From: Dehalococcoidia bacterium
GTDB taxonomy: Bacteria > Chloroflexota > Dehalococcoidia > Lucifugimonadales > Australimonadaceae
Assembly: GCA_965220225.1 (NCBI GenBank)
Contig: OZ244813.1
Span: 1,955,385-2,019,384, forward strand
DNA length: 64,000 bases
Direction of reading: 5' to 3'
Shown here in pieces: positions 44,598 to 54,562 of the stretch. Each line of letters opens with the position of its first letter. Position 1 is the stretch's first letter. The position numbers and the translations under genes are program-made. The notes below the pieces were generated by a model. The model saw nothing but the letters and a program-made list of their open reading frames with translations, was not told where the DNA came from and did not search any database.

Positions 44598-46090
44598 GCA
44601 CTGCCAGGTCCGGCCTCCAATCCCTGAGATCTTCCCAGACTGTGGTGCTGGGGATCATCTGCCTGGGGGTATTCTCGACTGCCCTGGACCAGACCGTGGT
44701 GGTCGCCGCCCTGCCTGCGGTGATGGTGGACCTGGAGATCCCTCTTACCGACCTGGACAGGGCGTCCTGGATCGTAACCGGATACTTGATCAGCTACACC
44801 GTAGCGATGCCACTGGCAGGGCGTCTGTCCGACGTCTACGGCCGCGTCCGGATGTTCCACGCGGCATTGATCGTCTTCTCCATCGGGTCGGCGTTCGTGG
44901 CACTTGCGCCGAACTTCGAGTGGGTAGTATCCGCCAGAGTGGTCCAGGCCTTCGGAGGCGGCGCCACGGTCCCCATAGGCCTCGCCATGGCTGTGGCCGC
45001 TGTTTCGCCGGAGAAAAGAGGATTGGCGATAGGGCTCGTGGCGGCCTCGGCTGAAGCCGGGTCCGTGCTGGGTCCTCTCTACGGAGGGGCCATCATCGAG
45101 TTGCTGGGCTGGCGTTGGATATTCTGGCTGGACATCCCCCAGAGCCTCTTCCTGATAGCGCTTCTGGCCATCCTGCCGAACCGTGCCAACCCTGCGGCAA
45201 AGATGGACTACTTCGGGGCGCTCGTGCTCGGAGCAGCCCTCACCGTCCTCAGTATCGGCCTGTCGCAGAGAGCGATCTTCTCCGGAGAATCCCTCCTCCC
45301 GTATGTCCTGATAGCCCTTGGGGTCGGGCTGGTCCTCCTGTTGGTCCTGTTCGAGCGACGCACGACCCAGCCCCTGCTGGCATCGTTCCTGTATACCTCC
45401 AGGGCGTTCCTGTCCTCCAACATCACGCAGTTCCTCGTGGGAGTTGCGTTGATCATCTCACTGGTAGCCGTGCCCCTCATGGCCGGCACCGTCATGGAGA
45501 AGAGGGCGTGGGAGAGCGCCCTTCACCTGGTCCGTCTTACGGCCGCCATTCCGGTTGGAGCCGTTGTTGGAGGCTACATCCTGCGTTGGACGGGAGTGAG
45601 GACGGTGTGTATCACCGGCCTCGCGTTCATAGGAACGGGTCTGCTGTTCATGAGTGGTTGGGAGACGGAGGTGGAGGAGCTCAGGCTGACCGTGCCTCTG
45701 GTCATGGCGGGTCTGGGGTTCGGGCTGGTCATTCCTCCCATAGGCGTCAGCGCTTTGAGCGCAGCACCCAGTCACTACTGGGGAGCGGCGGCATCGTTGA
45801 TCACCGCATCGCGCATGGTGGGGATGGCGTTGGGGCTGGCGACCTTGTCCGCCTGGGGCATCGAGCGCTTCTACAGTCTGACCGCTGACGTGACGATCGG
45901 GTCGACGTTCGAGGAGACCGAGGCCCCCTTGATCGAAGCGGGAGTGACCGTGTTCCAGAACCTCTTCATGATCTCAGGGTTCCTTGCCCTGTTGGCCATC
46001 CTCCCGGCCCTGCTCATGCGAGTGGAAGATGTCGAAGAGGAGGCTTCCCCTGAGGGCAGCCGCTGGCCTACATCCCTGCCTGAAACATGA
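44594..46090 (+). CDS. MFS transporter, DHA2-like (14 TM)
   Basis: ALDQTVVVAALP, GRLSDVYGR motif and ~14 hydrophobic segments. Confidence 0.85.
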   Translation: MSTARSGLQSLRSSQTVVLGIICLGVFSTALDQTVVVAALPAVMVDLEIPLTDLDRASWIVTGYLISYTVAMPLAGRLSDVYGRVRMFHAALIVFSIGSAFVALAPNFEWVVSARVVQAFGGGATVPIGLAMAVAAVSPEKRGLAIGLVAASAEAGSVLGPLYGGAIIELLGWRWIFWLDIPQSLFLIALLAILPNRANPAAKMDYFGALVLGAALTVLSIGLSQRAIFSGESLLPYVLIALGVGLVLLLVLFERRTTQPLLASFLYTSRAFLSSNITQFLVGVALIISLVAVPLMAGTVMEKRAWESALHLVRLTAAIPVGAVVGGYILRWTGVRTVCITGLAFIGTGLLFMSGWETEVEELRLTVPLVMAGLGFGLVIPPIGVSALSAAPSHYWGAAASLITASRMVGMALGLATLSAWGIERFYSLTADVTIGSTFEETEAPLIEAGVTVFQNLFMISGFLALLAILPALLMRVEDVEEEASPEGSRWPTSLPET

Positions 46091-46208
46091 CGTGTTCAGG
46101 TGCAGACACGAGGGTGGGATCGGCGAGCGAATCCCGTATCCTAGATAGCATCCGGATCGTTCCAGGGAGTTGCCCACCCCGAGCCGTCCGGGCAGGGAGC
46201 GCCATTCG

Positions 46209-47285
46209 ATGACAACCCGGCGTGCAGAGCCTGACAACGTCCAGTTGCCTTCCCCGTTTCCCGAGGGTTGGTACTTCATTGCAAGCCGCAAGGCCATACA
46301 GAAGGCCAGGCTCATCCAGAAGACCTGGATGGGCGAGAACATCGTCGTCTGGTGCGATGACGAGGGGCGCATCTGCGCCTCCGGGGCTTACTGTCCGCAC
46401 CTTGGCTCCGATCTGGGGCCCGCTGCCGGAGGGCGCGTACGTGAGGGTCGGCTCGTCTGTCCCTTCCACGGCTTCGAGTACGATGCAACCGGCCAGTGCG
46501 TCGCCACTCCCTATGCTCCCCCGCCCCGGGCCGCGCGGTTACGCGTCTTTGAGACGCAGGAGATAGCCGGACTGATCTTCGGTTGGTGGGGGATCGATGG
46601 GCGGGAGTCGCAATGGCGCCTGCCCACCGACCTGTCAGACCAGACCGGCTGGAGCGCCCTCTCGGTCCGTACCCTCCGCTTCCCCGGGCATCCCCAGGAT
46701 ACGACGGAGAACTCGGTGGACCTGGCCCACCTGCTCTTCGTCCACGGGTACGGCAACGTAGACCGCGTCGGAGAGGTGTCGGTAGACGGGGCCTACTTCC
46801 GGAGCGACTTCGATTTCAGGCGCAACTACAGGATAGCCAGGATCCTGCCCTTCAATCTGGACGTCTCCACCAACACCCACATCTTCGGACTCGGCTACTC
46901 GTTCGTGGTGATCCGTGAGAAGTCCATCGGCATGGATATGCGTCTGTGGGTGCTGTCGACGCCTGTCGACGGCACGCTCATCGACCTGTCGCTGGTCTCT
47001 CAGGTGCGGGAGATCCGCAACCCGAAACGCCGGGTAGCCGGCCTGGGGTTCCTCCCCGTAGGACTGCGCGCGCCGCTCATGAACCGGTTCATCGCCGCGC
47101 AGCAGGAGCAGGACGTTCTCCGGGACGTGGTCATCTGGAGCCGCAAGCGGTACCGCTCTCTCCCGCGCCTGAGCCGTGCCGACGGGGAGATCATGACCTT
47201 TCGCGCGTACTGTGCCCAGTTCTACCTCGGCCCACAAGACCCCACGGCCCCACTCCCTCATCCGTTGGAGCGGACTGTACAATAG
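46209..47285 (+). CDS. Rieske [2Fe-2S] non-haem iron oxygenase
   Basis: CPHLGSDLG...CPFHGFEY Rieske motif. ATG at 46209. Confidence 0.8.
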   Translation: MTTRRAEPDNVQLPSPFPEGWYFIASRKAIQKARLIQKTWMGENIVVWCDDEGRICASGAYCPHLGSDLGPAAGGRVREGRLVCPFHGFEYDATGQCVATPYAPPPRAARLRVFETQEIAGLIFGWWGIDGRESQWRLPTDLSDQTGWSALSVRTLRFPGHPQDTTENSVDLAHLLFVHGYGNVDRVGEVSVDGAYFRSDFDFRRNYRIARILPFNLDVSTNTHIFGLGYSFVVIREKSIGMDMRLWVLSTPVDGTLIDLSLVSQVREIRNPKRRVAGLGFLPVGLRAPLMNRFIAAQQEQDVLRDVVIWSRKRYRSLPRLSRADGEIMTFRAYCAQFYLGPQDPTAPLPHPLERTVQ

Positions 47286-47384
47286 CGCGCCGGTACACCA
47301 GGCCTGCTCCAATGGAAGGATCGTACCATCGGATGCGGAGGCGACAGCGCTTCGTTCAGTAGAGATCAAGGGGGAAGGTGAGGC

Positions 47385-49868
47385 ATGAGCAACCTACTCG
47401 GCAGGATGAGTTGGCTGGTCACGGTCCGCCCCTGGCTGACGCTTCTCGTCCTCCTCATCGTCACCGTCGTGATGGTTATGGGGACGCAGCAACGTCTGCC
47501 GCCTACGGAGGGCGCAAGCGTTGCCTTCCTTCCTCCCGGTCATCCCATCGCTGAAGCAACACAAGAGATAGATGACCGGTTCGGGGACTCCGGCGAAGTG
47601 ATAGTTGTAACACTCGTCTTTCGTGGGGAGGCGCTTACGCCGGGGGGCCTCTCCCAGATGGATAGCCTGTTGGATGAGATCGTCCAGGACCCGGGCGTCG
47701 GCGACCTGTTGGCGCCTGGCGATCCGGTCGTTGCGCCATCGTCGCTGATCGGCGCCGTGCTTCAGTTGGACAGTTTCGAGTCGGTCACGCAGGAACAGAT
47801 CGACTCCGCACGCAACGTCCCCGGGATCGGGGAGGCGCTTGCTGAGATGACTGGCACCGACACCGACGGCACGCTCGTTGCGATCGCTATCGTGCGTCTG
47901 CGCGACACGGGCGACGAGCGCGTTGGCGATGCCGAACGGAGGATCAGCGAGCTGGCTGCAGGGGACGAGGGTGCGTCGCGTGTGAGCAGCCTGTCGTCGG
48001 CGGTCATCGAGGATGCGTACAAGAAGGCCACAGAGGAGGGGATGGGGCCGCTGATCGGGCTGGCGCTGTTGCTGATCGCCGCTCTGCTCCTGCTCTTCAC
48101 CCGCGCGCTGTCGGATATGTTGCTGACTCTGCTGGGGCTTATCGTCGCGATCATGTGGGTTGTCGGCGCTGAGGGCTGGCTTGGGCCGAATGGACTCGGC
48201 GTGATAGGCCCTCCCAGCTCACTCACCGCGATGGTGCCCGTCATCATCATCAGCCTCACGGTGGACTACGCGATCCAGGCGATCTCTCACTACCGGGAGC
48301 AGCGGCTCGCGGGCGAGCCCGTTGTCCGAGCGGTGCAGATCGGTCTGCGGAACGTCACGGTCCCACTGACGTTGGCCGCAGTCACGACGATCGTCAGCTT
48401 GTTGGCAACCCTGTTCTCGCCGATAGGTGTGATAGGAGACTTCGGCGTCGTCGCGGGTATGGGTGTGGGGTTGAGCCTGATAGTGATGCTGACGCTGGTC
48501 CCGGCGGCCCGGACGATCCTGGACCGGCGTCGCGAGGCACGCGGCACGTTGCGGCAGCCTCGCCCGCTTTCGAATGCGCTGCCCGGCGTCCCGCGGCTGG
48601 CGGAGGTGCTCGGAAGACGGGTGACGCGCCAACCGGCACCCTACATCATCGTCGTGCTCGCGGTGACGATCGCGCTGGGGTTCGCGGCTACCGACCTCAA
48701 ATCGGAGTTCAGCATCCGCGATGTCCTTCCCCGAGGCGGGACCATCGTGGCTGACATGGAAACACTTGACGCGACCGTCGGCGGTTCGACGGAGATGGCC
48801 AGCGTGCTGGTGAAGGCCGAGGCTACGGAGACCCGCACACTCCTGAACCTGCAGGACCTCAGGACCGCTTTCCAGGACGAGCAACGGCGCCCGCGCGCAG
48901 CGGCAGGGCCACTCCTGGCGTCGTACGAGTCGCTCCTGGAAGACTGGACTACCGACAGCGGGCAGCCCGGCGACAACTACGACCGGGAGCTTGCGGCTCT
49001 CTTCAACGAGGCTTCCTCGGGAGTGCAGCTCGATCCGGCCCTGATGCAGGAGCTCCTGGACAAGCTGGGAGAGAGGGAACCCGGGGTCACCCACGGCCTG
49101 GTCAACGATCCGAACGGCATCGACACCATCCTGTTGCAGTTCCCGACCTACTCGAACGATCCGGGAGCAACCAAGACACTTCAGGGCGATCTCGAAGCGC
49201 TCTGGGCTGGAGACGATACCGCTCTCACGGTGCTTTCGGAGACCGTCGTCTCGATCGGGGTTACGGATGCCATCACCGACCGGCAGACAGAGGCGATCAG
49301 CACTACTATCGCGGCGGCGCTGACCGTCCTCGCTGTCTTCTTCTGGCTGACGGCACGCCAACCGGCGCTGGCAGTCATCGCGGTCGGGCCCATCGTGCTC
49401 GTCCTCGTCTCGGTGCTGGGCACCATGGCGCTGCTGGGCATCCCGTACTCACTCGTCACGTCGATCATCACGGCGCTCTCGATAGGGATAGGCGTGGACT
49501 ACACCATCCACGTGATCCATCGCTACCGAGATGAGTTCACTCGCACCCGCAATCCGGAGAGTGCGGCGGTCCGGACGCTCGCGACAACGGGTTCGGCGCT
49601 CTTGGGTTCCGCGATGACGACTGCGCTGGGATTCGGAGTGCTGATCGCTTCGCCCTTGCTTGCTTCTCAGCAGTTCGGCATCACGGCGACCATCACCATC
49701 GTTTACTCTCTGATCGTCTCCGTGCTCTTGGTACTGCCGGCGATGGTGGTCTGGGGCGCGTACCAGAACATGCGACTGCGCTCCATGGTGGAGCGCCAGT
49801 GGGCCGAGCTCGACGTGGCGATAGAGGGCATACATCAGCGCAATGAACCAGGGCAAAGCTCGTCGTAA
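47385..49868 (+). CDS. MMPL/RND-superfamily transporter
   Basis: 827 aa. Two 6-TM bundles, each preceded by a large soluble loop. DYAIQ and GVDYTIH motifs typical of the MMPL/SSD class. Confidence 0.85.
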   Translation: MSNLLGRMSWLVTVRPWLTLLVLLIVTVVMVMGTQQRLPPTEGASVAFLPPGHPIAEATQEIDDRFGDSGEVIVVTLVFRGEALTPGGLSQMDSLLDEIVQDPGVGDLLAPGDPVVAPSSLIGAVLQLDSFESVTQEQIDSARNVPGIGEALAEMTGTDTDGTLVAIAIVRLRDTGDERVGDAERRISELAAGDEGASRVSSLSSAVIEDAYKKATEEGMGPLIGLALLLIAALLLLFTRALSDMLLTLLGLIVAIMWVVGAEGWLGPNGLGVIGPPSSLTAMVPVIIISLTVDYAIQAISHYREQRLAGEPVVRAVQIGLRNVTVPLTLAAVTTIVSLLATLFSPIGVIGDFGVVAGMGVGLSLIVMLTLVPAARTILDRRREARGTLRQPRPLSNALPGVPRLAEVLGRRVTRQPAPYIIVVLAVTIALGFAATDLKSEFSIRDVLPRGGTIVADMETLDATVGGSTEMASVLVKAEATETRTLLNLQDLRTAFQDEQRRPRAAAGPLLASYESLLEDWTTDSGQPGDNYDRELAALFNEASSGVQLDPALMQELLDKLGEREPGVTHGLVNDPNGIDTILLQFPTYSNDPGATKTLQGDLEALWAGDDTALTVLSETVVSIGVTDAITDRQTEAISTTIAAALTVLAVFFWLTARQPALAVIAVGPIVLVLVSVLGTMALLGIPYSLVTSIITALSIGIGVDYTIHVIHRYRDEFTRTRNPESAAVRTLATTGSALLGSAMTTALGFGVLIASPLLASQQFGITATITIVYSLIVSVLLVLPAMVVWGAYQNMRLRSMVERQWAELDVAIEGIHQRNEPGQSSS

Positions 49869-49876
49869 GGAGGCTC

Positions 49877-50914
49877 ATGCAACTTCGCAAGCTACCCAGC
49901 GGACTGAAGGCCGCATACCGCGGGTCGGACGTCCAACGTCGCGTGGAACGATTCGATGGATGGACGGACAGGGCGTCCGCAGAGGACACCGCCCCGTCGG
50001 GCTACGACCACGTCGAAACCGTCAGGGAATACTACGACCTCTGCAATGAGTTCATGGTGTTCGGCTGGAGCGAGTCCCTCCACTTCGCGCCGCTGTCGCC
50101 CGAGGAGAGCCTCGAGGACTCCCAGACCCGACACCAGCGGCTGATGATCGACAAGCTGGAGTTGCAAGAGGGCATGACGGTGATCGATGTCGGTTGCGGG
50201 ATAGGCGGCCCGATGCGCCGTGTCGCCCGGGAGGCCGGTGTCAGGGTCGTCGGTGTGAATACCAGCAAGGTCCAGTTGGGGAAGGCGAGGTCGTTGAACG
50301 CCGAGGCGGGGCTCGACCACCTGGTCGACTACCTCGAGTGCAGTTTCATGGACATGGGCGCTATCGCGAACGACACGTTCGACCGGGGGTACGCGATCGA
50401 ATCGACGTGCCATGCGCCGGACAAGGCGGGCGCGTTCGCTGAGATATACCGCGTGCTGAAACCCGGAGCCCTCTTCTGGGGTCAGGAGATGTGCATGACG
50501 GACAGGTTCGACCCCGGCGACAGCCGGCACCGGGCCATCAAGAGGGACCTGATGCACGGCATCGCGCTCAAGGACATCGCGACTACGGACGAGGTGGACC
50601 AGGCCCTCGAAGCGGCAGGATTTCAGGTCATGGAGGGCAGGGACCGTGCCGTTGCGGAGAGCGGTCCGACCACGCCGTGGTATCACCCCATGGAGACGCG
50701 GGGCAAGACGCGGAACAGCCCCCTGCGCAGGATTCCGTTGGGCCGGAAGGCGTACATCGGGGTATCCAGGCTGGCCGAGGTGTTGGGCGTATTCCCGAAA
50801 GGGTCCGCGGACGTCGTCAGGCTGATGGACCGCACCGCCAGGGCCTACGTCGCAGGCGGCAGGGCCGGGGTCTTCACGCCGTTGTACTGCTTCCTGGCCC
50901 GCAAGCCCCTGTAG
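49877..50914 (+). CDS. SAM-dependent C-methyltransferase, sterol 24-C-methyltransferase (ERG6/SMT)-like
   Basis: YYDLCNEFMVFGWSESLHFA, VIDVGCGIGGP, YAIESTCHAPDK, EIYRVLKPG and MTDRFDPGDSRHRAI line up with the ERG6/SMT signature blocks recalled from memory. Confidence 0.75.
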   Translation: MQLRKLPSGLKAAYRGSDVQRRVERFDGWTDRASAEDTAPSGYDHVETVREYYDLCNEFMVFGWSESLHFAPLSPEESLEDSQTRHQRLMIDKLELQEGMTVIDVGCGIGGPMRRVAREAGVRVVGVNTSKVQLGKARSLNAEAGLDHLVDYLECSFMDMGAIANDTFDRGYAIESTCHAPDKAGAFAEIYRVLKPGALFWGQEMCMTDRFDPGDSRHRAIKRDLMHGIALKDIATTDEVDQALEAAGFQVMEGRDRAVAESGPTTPWYHPMETRGKTRNSPLRRIPLGRKAYIGVSRLAEVLGVFPKGSADVVRLMDRTARAYVAGGRAGVFTPLYCFLARKPL

Positions 50915-50941
50915 GCCTTCTTTCCGCTCTCCTGAGCGCCG

Positions 50942-52975
50942 TCAGGCTACCAGGGGTATCTCGCGCCGCAGCTCGGCGATGCGGAACTTCAGCTTCTTGT
51001 TCGGCTTCATCGACGGGACCGGGTTGAACTTGAGCTTGTAGTCCCCGGGGGACACTTCGATGTTGAAGTAGTGCGCGACCATCAGCACGTTGATCGCCAG
51101 CTGCAGTTCCATCCAACGGGTGCCGAGGCAGGTGTGCGTGCCCAGCCCGTAGGGGGCGTACCCGGGACTGAGGTGCTCGTTGCGCGGCGCCTTGTAGCGG
51201 TCGATGTCGAAGGTGAAGGGGTCGGGGAAGACCTCCTTCATGTAGTGCGTCGCCGTGGTCGCGATGAAGACCTGTGACCCCACCGGCAGTTCGTAGTCCT
51301 CCACCACGCACGTGTTCATCACGTTCCGGATGGACATCGGAACGATGGGGTATATCCGCACGGTCTCCATCAGGAAGCGGTGCGTGACGTCTATCGCCTG
51401 CAGGGTGAAGTCCGCGCCGTCCGGGTCGCCGTTCTCGAAGAGGGCGTCGGCTTCACGCTGCAGATCCCGGTAGAGTTCGGGCTGCGACGCCATGGCGTAG
51501 AGTGCGAAACTGAACGCGTCGCCAAGGTACACGCTGGCGATCAGCGCCGCCGAAAGCTGGAAGCGCAGGGTCGTCTCCGGCACGAACTGCGGATCGCTTG
51601 CGTGCAGGCTGAGCCAGTCGTCCGCGAGGTCTCTTGGAGAACCGGCCCGTTGCGCGGGCGTATGGACGCTCTGGACCCGCTCCAGGAGGGTATCCACGGC
51701 CTTTGCCCGGCGTTTCATGCCCGGAGTGCGGAGCATGAACTTGGGCAGGGCCTTCATGATGTGGGTGAGGAGCGCTCGCTCCTTGTACTTCGCCAGGTCG
51801 TCGAAAATGTCCTGGGAATCGACGCTGACGAAGAGCGGCGAGAGTTGCGCGTTGATCATCTGCCGGCTCATGCTCGTCGCGGGGTACGAGTCTCCGACCT
51901 TCCAGCCCGACATGTGTTTCCGGGCATGGCGGTAGAGGATATTCAGCTGTCCTTCCAGCCTCCCGCGGGAGTACGCCGGTGACATGGCCTTCCGGAGCCG
52001 GAAATGATCTGCCCCATCCATGGAAGGCATCACGCCGTTCGCCCCATAGACCTTCTCGAAGTCGGAGAAGTAGTCCTTGGCTCTCAGGTACATGCGCCCG
52101 TGCCGGTGCACCCAGTGGTTCGTGGCTGTCCCGGCGAGGAAGATCATCGGTTTCTTGAACGGCGGATGTATCTTGAACACCGGGCCGTACTCCTTTGCGA
52201 GGTCCGCAAAGAGCGCCGCGATGTTGCCGCTGCGAAGATGGGGGCTGAACAGCATCTTGCGCAGCGAGACGTTCGGGATCTTCTTCGTGAAGGCGGAGCG
52301 CCGAAGTAGCGGACCGGCGATGTTCTGGGAGACCGCCTCGGCTATGGAGCGGCCTATCAGGTCCATCCTGCAGATCGCCTGGATGCGCTGCTCTATCTCG
52401 TCGTCGAGTTGGAACATGAACCGGAAGACGTCGCACGTATCGATGAGCGCGATGATGATGACGTCTCTCGGGTCGGGTATCTCGTTGTTGAAGATGACCT
52501 TGGTGATGCGCGTTCTGACGAACTGGGCCGCGGTGCCATCCGTGGACGTGTTGGACAACTCGGCCTGCAGAACGTTGCGGGACAACGTCCAGAATTCGCC
52601 GTCATGGTGTTCCAGGATGTTCAGGTCAACGAGGCGGTCCAACGTCAGGTCGACGACGGATTCTGCACGCGGGGCGAGCCGTTCTATCCAGTACTGGGTG
52701 TTGTGCTGGGCCGGTTCGCTTGCGATCTCCTTCAGGATGGGGTCCAGGGCAGGGTCGCCCGTTTCCGTCCGGTCAACGATGAACAGACTCTCGACGTCTG
52801 TGTCGATGCGGCCCATGAGCGAGAGTTCCGCGAGTACGGCGCCGGCGACGGTGCAGTTCAGGTCCCAGCCGGGAACCTGATGAAAGTAACCGCTCTCCTC
52901 GTTGAGGAGCATCAGGATGAGCTCTTCCGGCAGGCTTAGCGCCTGGGTTGTCACACCTTCGGTGGAAAGAGTCAT
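50942..52975 (-). CDS. Fusion protein: N-terminal GPP34/GOLPH3-family domain plus C-terminal cytochrome P450
   Basis: N-terminus LPEELILMLLNEESGYF...AGAVLAELSLMGRI (GPP34 pattern). C-terminus ETVR (ExxR) and haem loop YGLGTHTCLG. ATG at 52975 follows GGAGACCGAGG; an alternative GTG lies at 53002. Confidence 0.8.
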   Translation of the reverse strand: MTLSTEGVTTQALSLPEELILMLLNEESGYFHQVPGWDLNCTVAGAVLAELSLMGRIDTDVESLFIVDRTETGDPALDPILKEIASEPAQHNTQYWIERLAPRAESVVDLTLDRLVDLNILEHHDGEFWTLSRNVLQAELSNTSTDGTAAQFVRTRITKVIFNNEIPDPRDVIIIALIDTCDVFRFMFQLDDEIEQRIQAICRMDLIGRSIAEAVSQNIAGPLLRRSAFTKKIPNVSLRKMLFSPHLRSGNIAALFADLAKEYGPVFKIHPPFKKPMIFLAGTATNHWVHRHGRMYLRAKDYFSDFEKVYGANGVMPSMDGADHFRLRKAMSPAYSRGRLEGQLNILYRHARKHMSGWKVGDSYPATSMSRQMINAQLSPLFVSVDSQDIFDDLAKYKERALLTHIMKALPKFMLRTPGMKRRAKAVDTLLERVQSVHTPAQRAGSPRDLADDWLSLHASDPQFVPETTLRFQLSAALIASVYLGDAFSFALYAMASQPELYRDLQREADALFENGDPDGADFTLQAIDVTHRFLMETVRIYPIVPMSIRNVMNTCVVEDYELPVGSQVFIATTATHYMKEVFPDPFTFDIDRYKAPRNEHLSPGYAPYGLGTHTCLGTRWMELQLAINVLMVAHYFNIEVSPGDYKLKFNPVPSMKPNKKLKFRIAELRREIPLVA

Positions 52976-53163
52976 CAGCCTCGGTCTCCGAGCATGCCTC
53001 ACACCTTCGGGTCACTTATGCCCGTAACCAAGTTAGTATGACTCCCGAAATTGGGGGGTGTCAACGCAGAAAAGACGCCAGCTTCTGTCGCCACCCGGGA
53101 GCGCGTATCAGTGCGGGACGGGTCGGTTGGCTGCGTGGCCCGGCATACGGAGCCAGCGGCTCC

Positions 53164-54405
53164 TTACGCGTACGTGGCGAGCACTCGCTCGATGTCTGCG
53201 TGAGCGACGCTGGGGCCTGCCTCCTGGGGAACATACTTCTTCGGGGCGCCGTTCACGAACCCTCTGCTTGGCTCCACGGGCAGCCCGACCGGCTCGCCGA
53301 ACCTGTCGTGAAACACGTTCATGGGGTCGCCGCCATCCTCGACGATGGCCATCTGTTCCCTCAGCATCTTGCGGAACATGATGATGCCCTTGTCTGACTC
53401 ACCGAGTTTCTCGAGGTCGCGGCGTGCCACCGGCCCCTGGCTGACCCAGGCCATATAGTCCTGGTTGAAGGTGACATCGGTGATGAATCGCCCGTCTTCG
53501 CCTACCAATGGGTTGTAGTAGTACGGTACCGGGTCCTGCTGCGGCACTACCACGCCCTCGGCTGCGCGGAAGATGTAGATGGATACGTGCAGCGTGTTCT
53601 CGTCATCGACGGGCACACGGAACTGCATCGTGATCTTCTGAGGAGAACCGACCTGCAGGATGTTGGGAAACAGGATAGGGTGTCCCACTTTCCAGAGATC
53701 GTGGTCTTCGCCGAGTCCGCGCAGCACGCGTCGCTTGATGATGCCGTGTTCGAACTGTTCGAACCGGATCCGCTCATGCGGCGCGGACTCGCCGCGCACG
53801 TCCACGGTCTTGCCTGCGGCAAGCTGCTGGTAACGGGTCCAGTAGGAGTGCAACCACTCGGTATGCACGGGATCGAGGGAGTTCTCCTGGCACTGGAGCC
53901 AGTTGCAGGGAAGCTCGGTGAGCGCGATGTCGCACGCGACATTGTCGGCTGCCAGCGGCTCCCAGAGAGGCAGGACCGGCGCCGGGGACGGCCCCAGGTA
54001 GGCGAACACCAGCCCGCGGAGTTCCTGCACGGGGTAGCCGGCAACCTTCACTTTCTCCTTGAAGCGCCCGTCCGGGTGGACGGTCTCCTCGAAGGGCTGC
54101 TCGATGCACTGGCCGGTCTCGTCCATCATCCAGCCGTGGTACATGCAGCGCAGGCCGTGCTCCTCGGGGATGCCGTAGGAGAGGTCGACGCGGCGGTGCG
54201 GGCAGAAGCGTTCGATGAGGCCGAGGGTGCCGGACCTGTCCCTGTAGAGGACGAGGTCCTCACCGAGGACGCGGACGGCTTTCGTGGGGCGGTCGACGAG
54301 TTCGCCCGCGGCGGCGATGGGGTGCCAGTAGCGGCGCATGAGATCGCCCATCGGGGTCCCGGCCCCTACTCGGGTCAACTTCTCGTTCTGTTCGGTGCTC
54401 AGCAT
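53164..54405 (-). CDS. Rieske oxygenase, alpha-subunit-like (KshA/ring-hydroxylating class)
   Basis: CPHRRVDLSYG...CMYHGWMMD. Mononuclear iron region DPVHTEWLH. Start MLSTEQNEKL (ATG 54405). Confidence 0.85.
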   Translation of the reverse strand: MLSTEQNEKLTRVGAGTPMGDLMRRYWHPIAAAGELVDRPTKAVRVLGEDLVLYRDRSGTLGLIERFCPHRRVDLSYGIPEEHGLRCMYHGWMMDETGQCIEQPFEETVHPDGRFKEKVKVAGYPVQELRGLVFAYLGPSPAPVLPLWEPLAADNVACDIALTELPCNWLQCQENSLDPVHTEWLHSYWTRYQQLAAGKTVDVRGESAPHERIRFEQFEHGIIKRRVLRGLGEDHDLWKVGHPILFPNILQVGSPQKITMQFRVPVDDENTLHVSIYIFRAAEGVVVPQQDPVPYYYNPLVGEDGRFITDVTFNQDYMAWVSQGPVARRDLEKLGESDKGIIMFRKMLREQMAIVEDGGDPMNVFHDRFGEPVGLPVEPSRGFVNGAPKKYVPQEAGPSVAHADIERVLATYA

Positions 54406-54562
54406 CGCCGTCTCTCCTGATGCGGATCCGCGTTGCCAATCCCTGGGACTCGTCCACGGCAACTATACCACCCGGATATACGGTGGACGCACGCTCCCGG
54501 CTGCGGTTGGGCGAGCGGTGCAATAAACTCCTCCAACGAGATCTTCCACAAGGAGACGTTCG

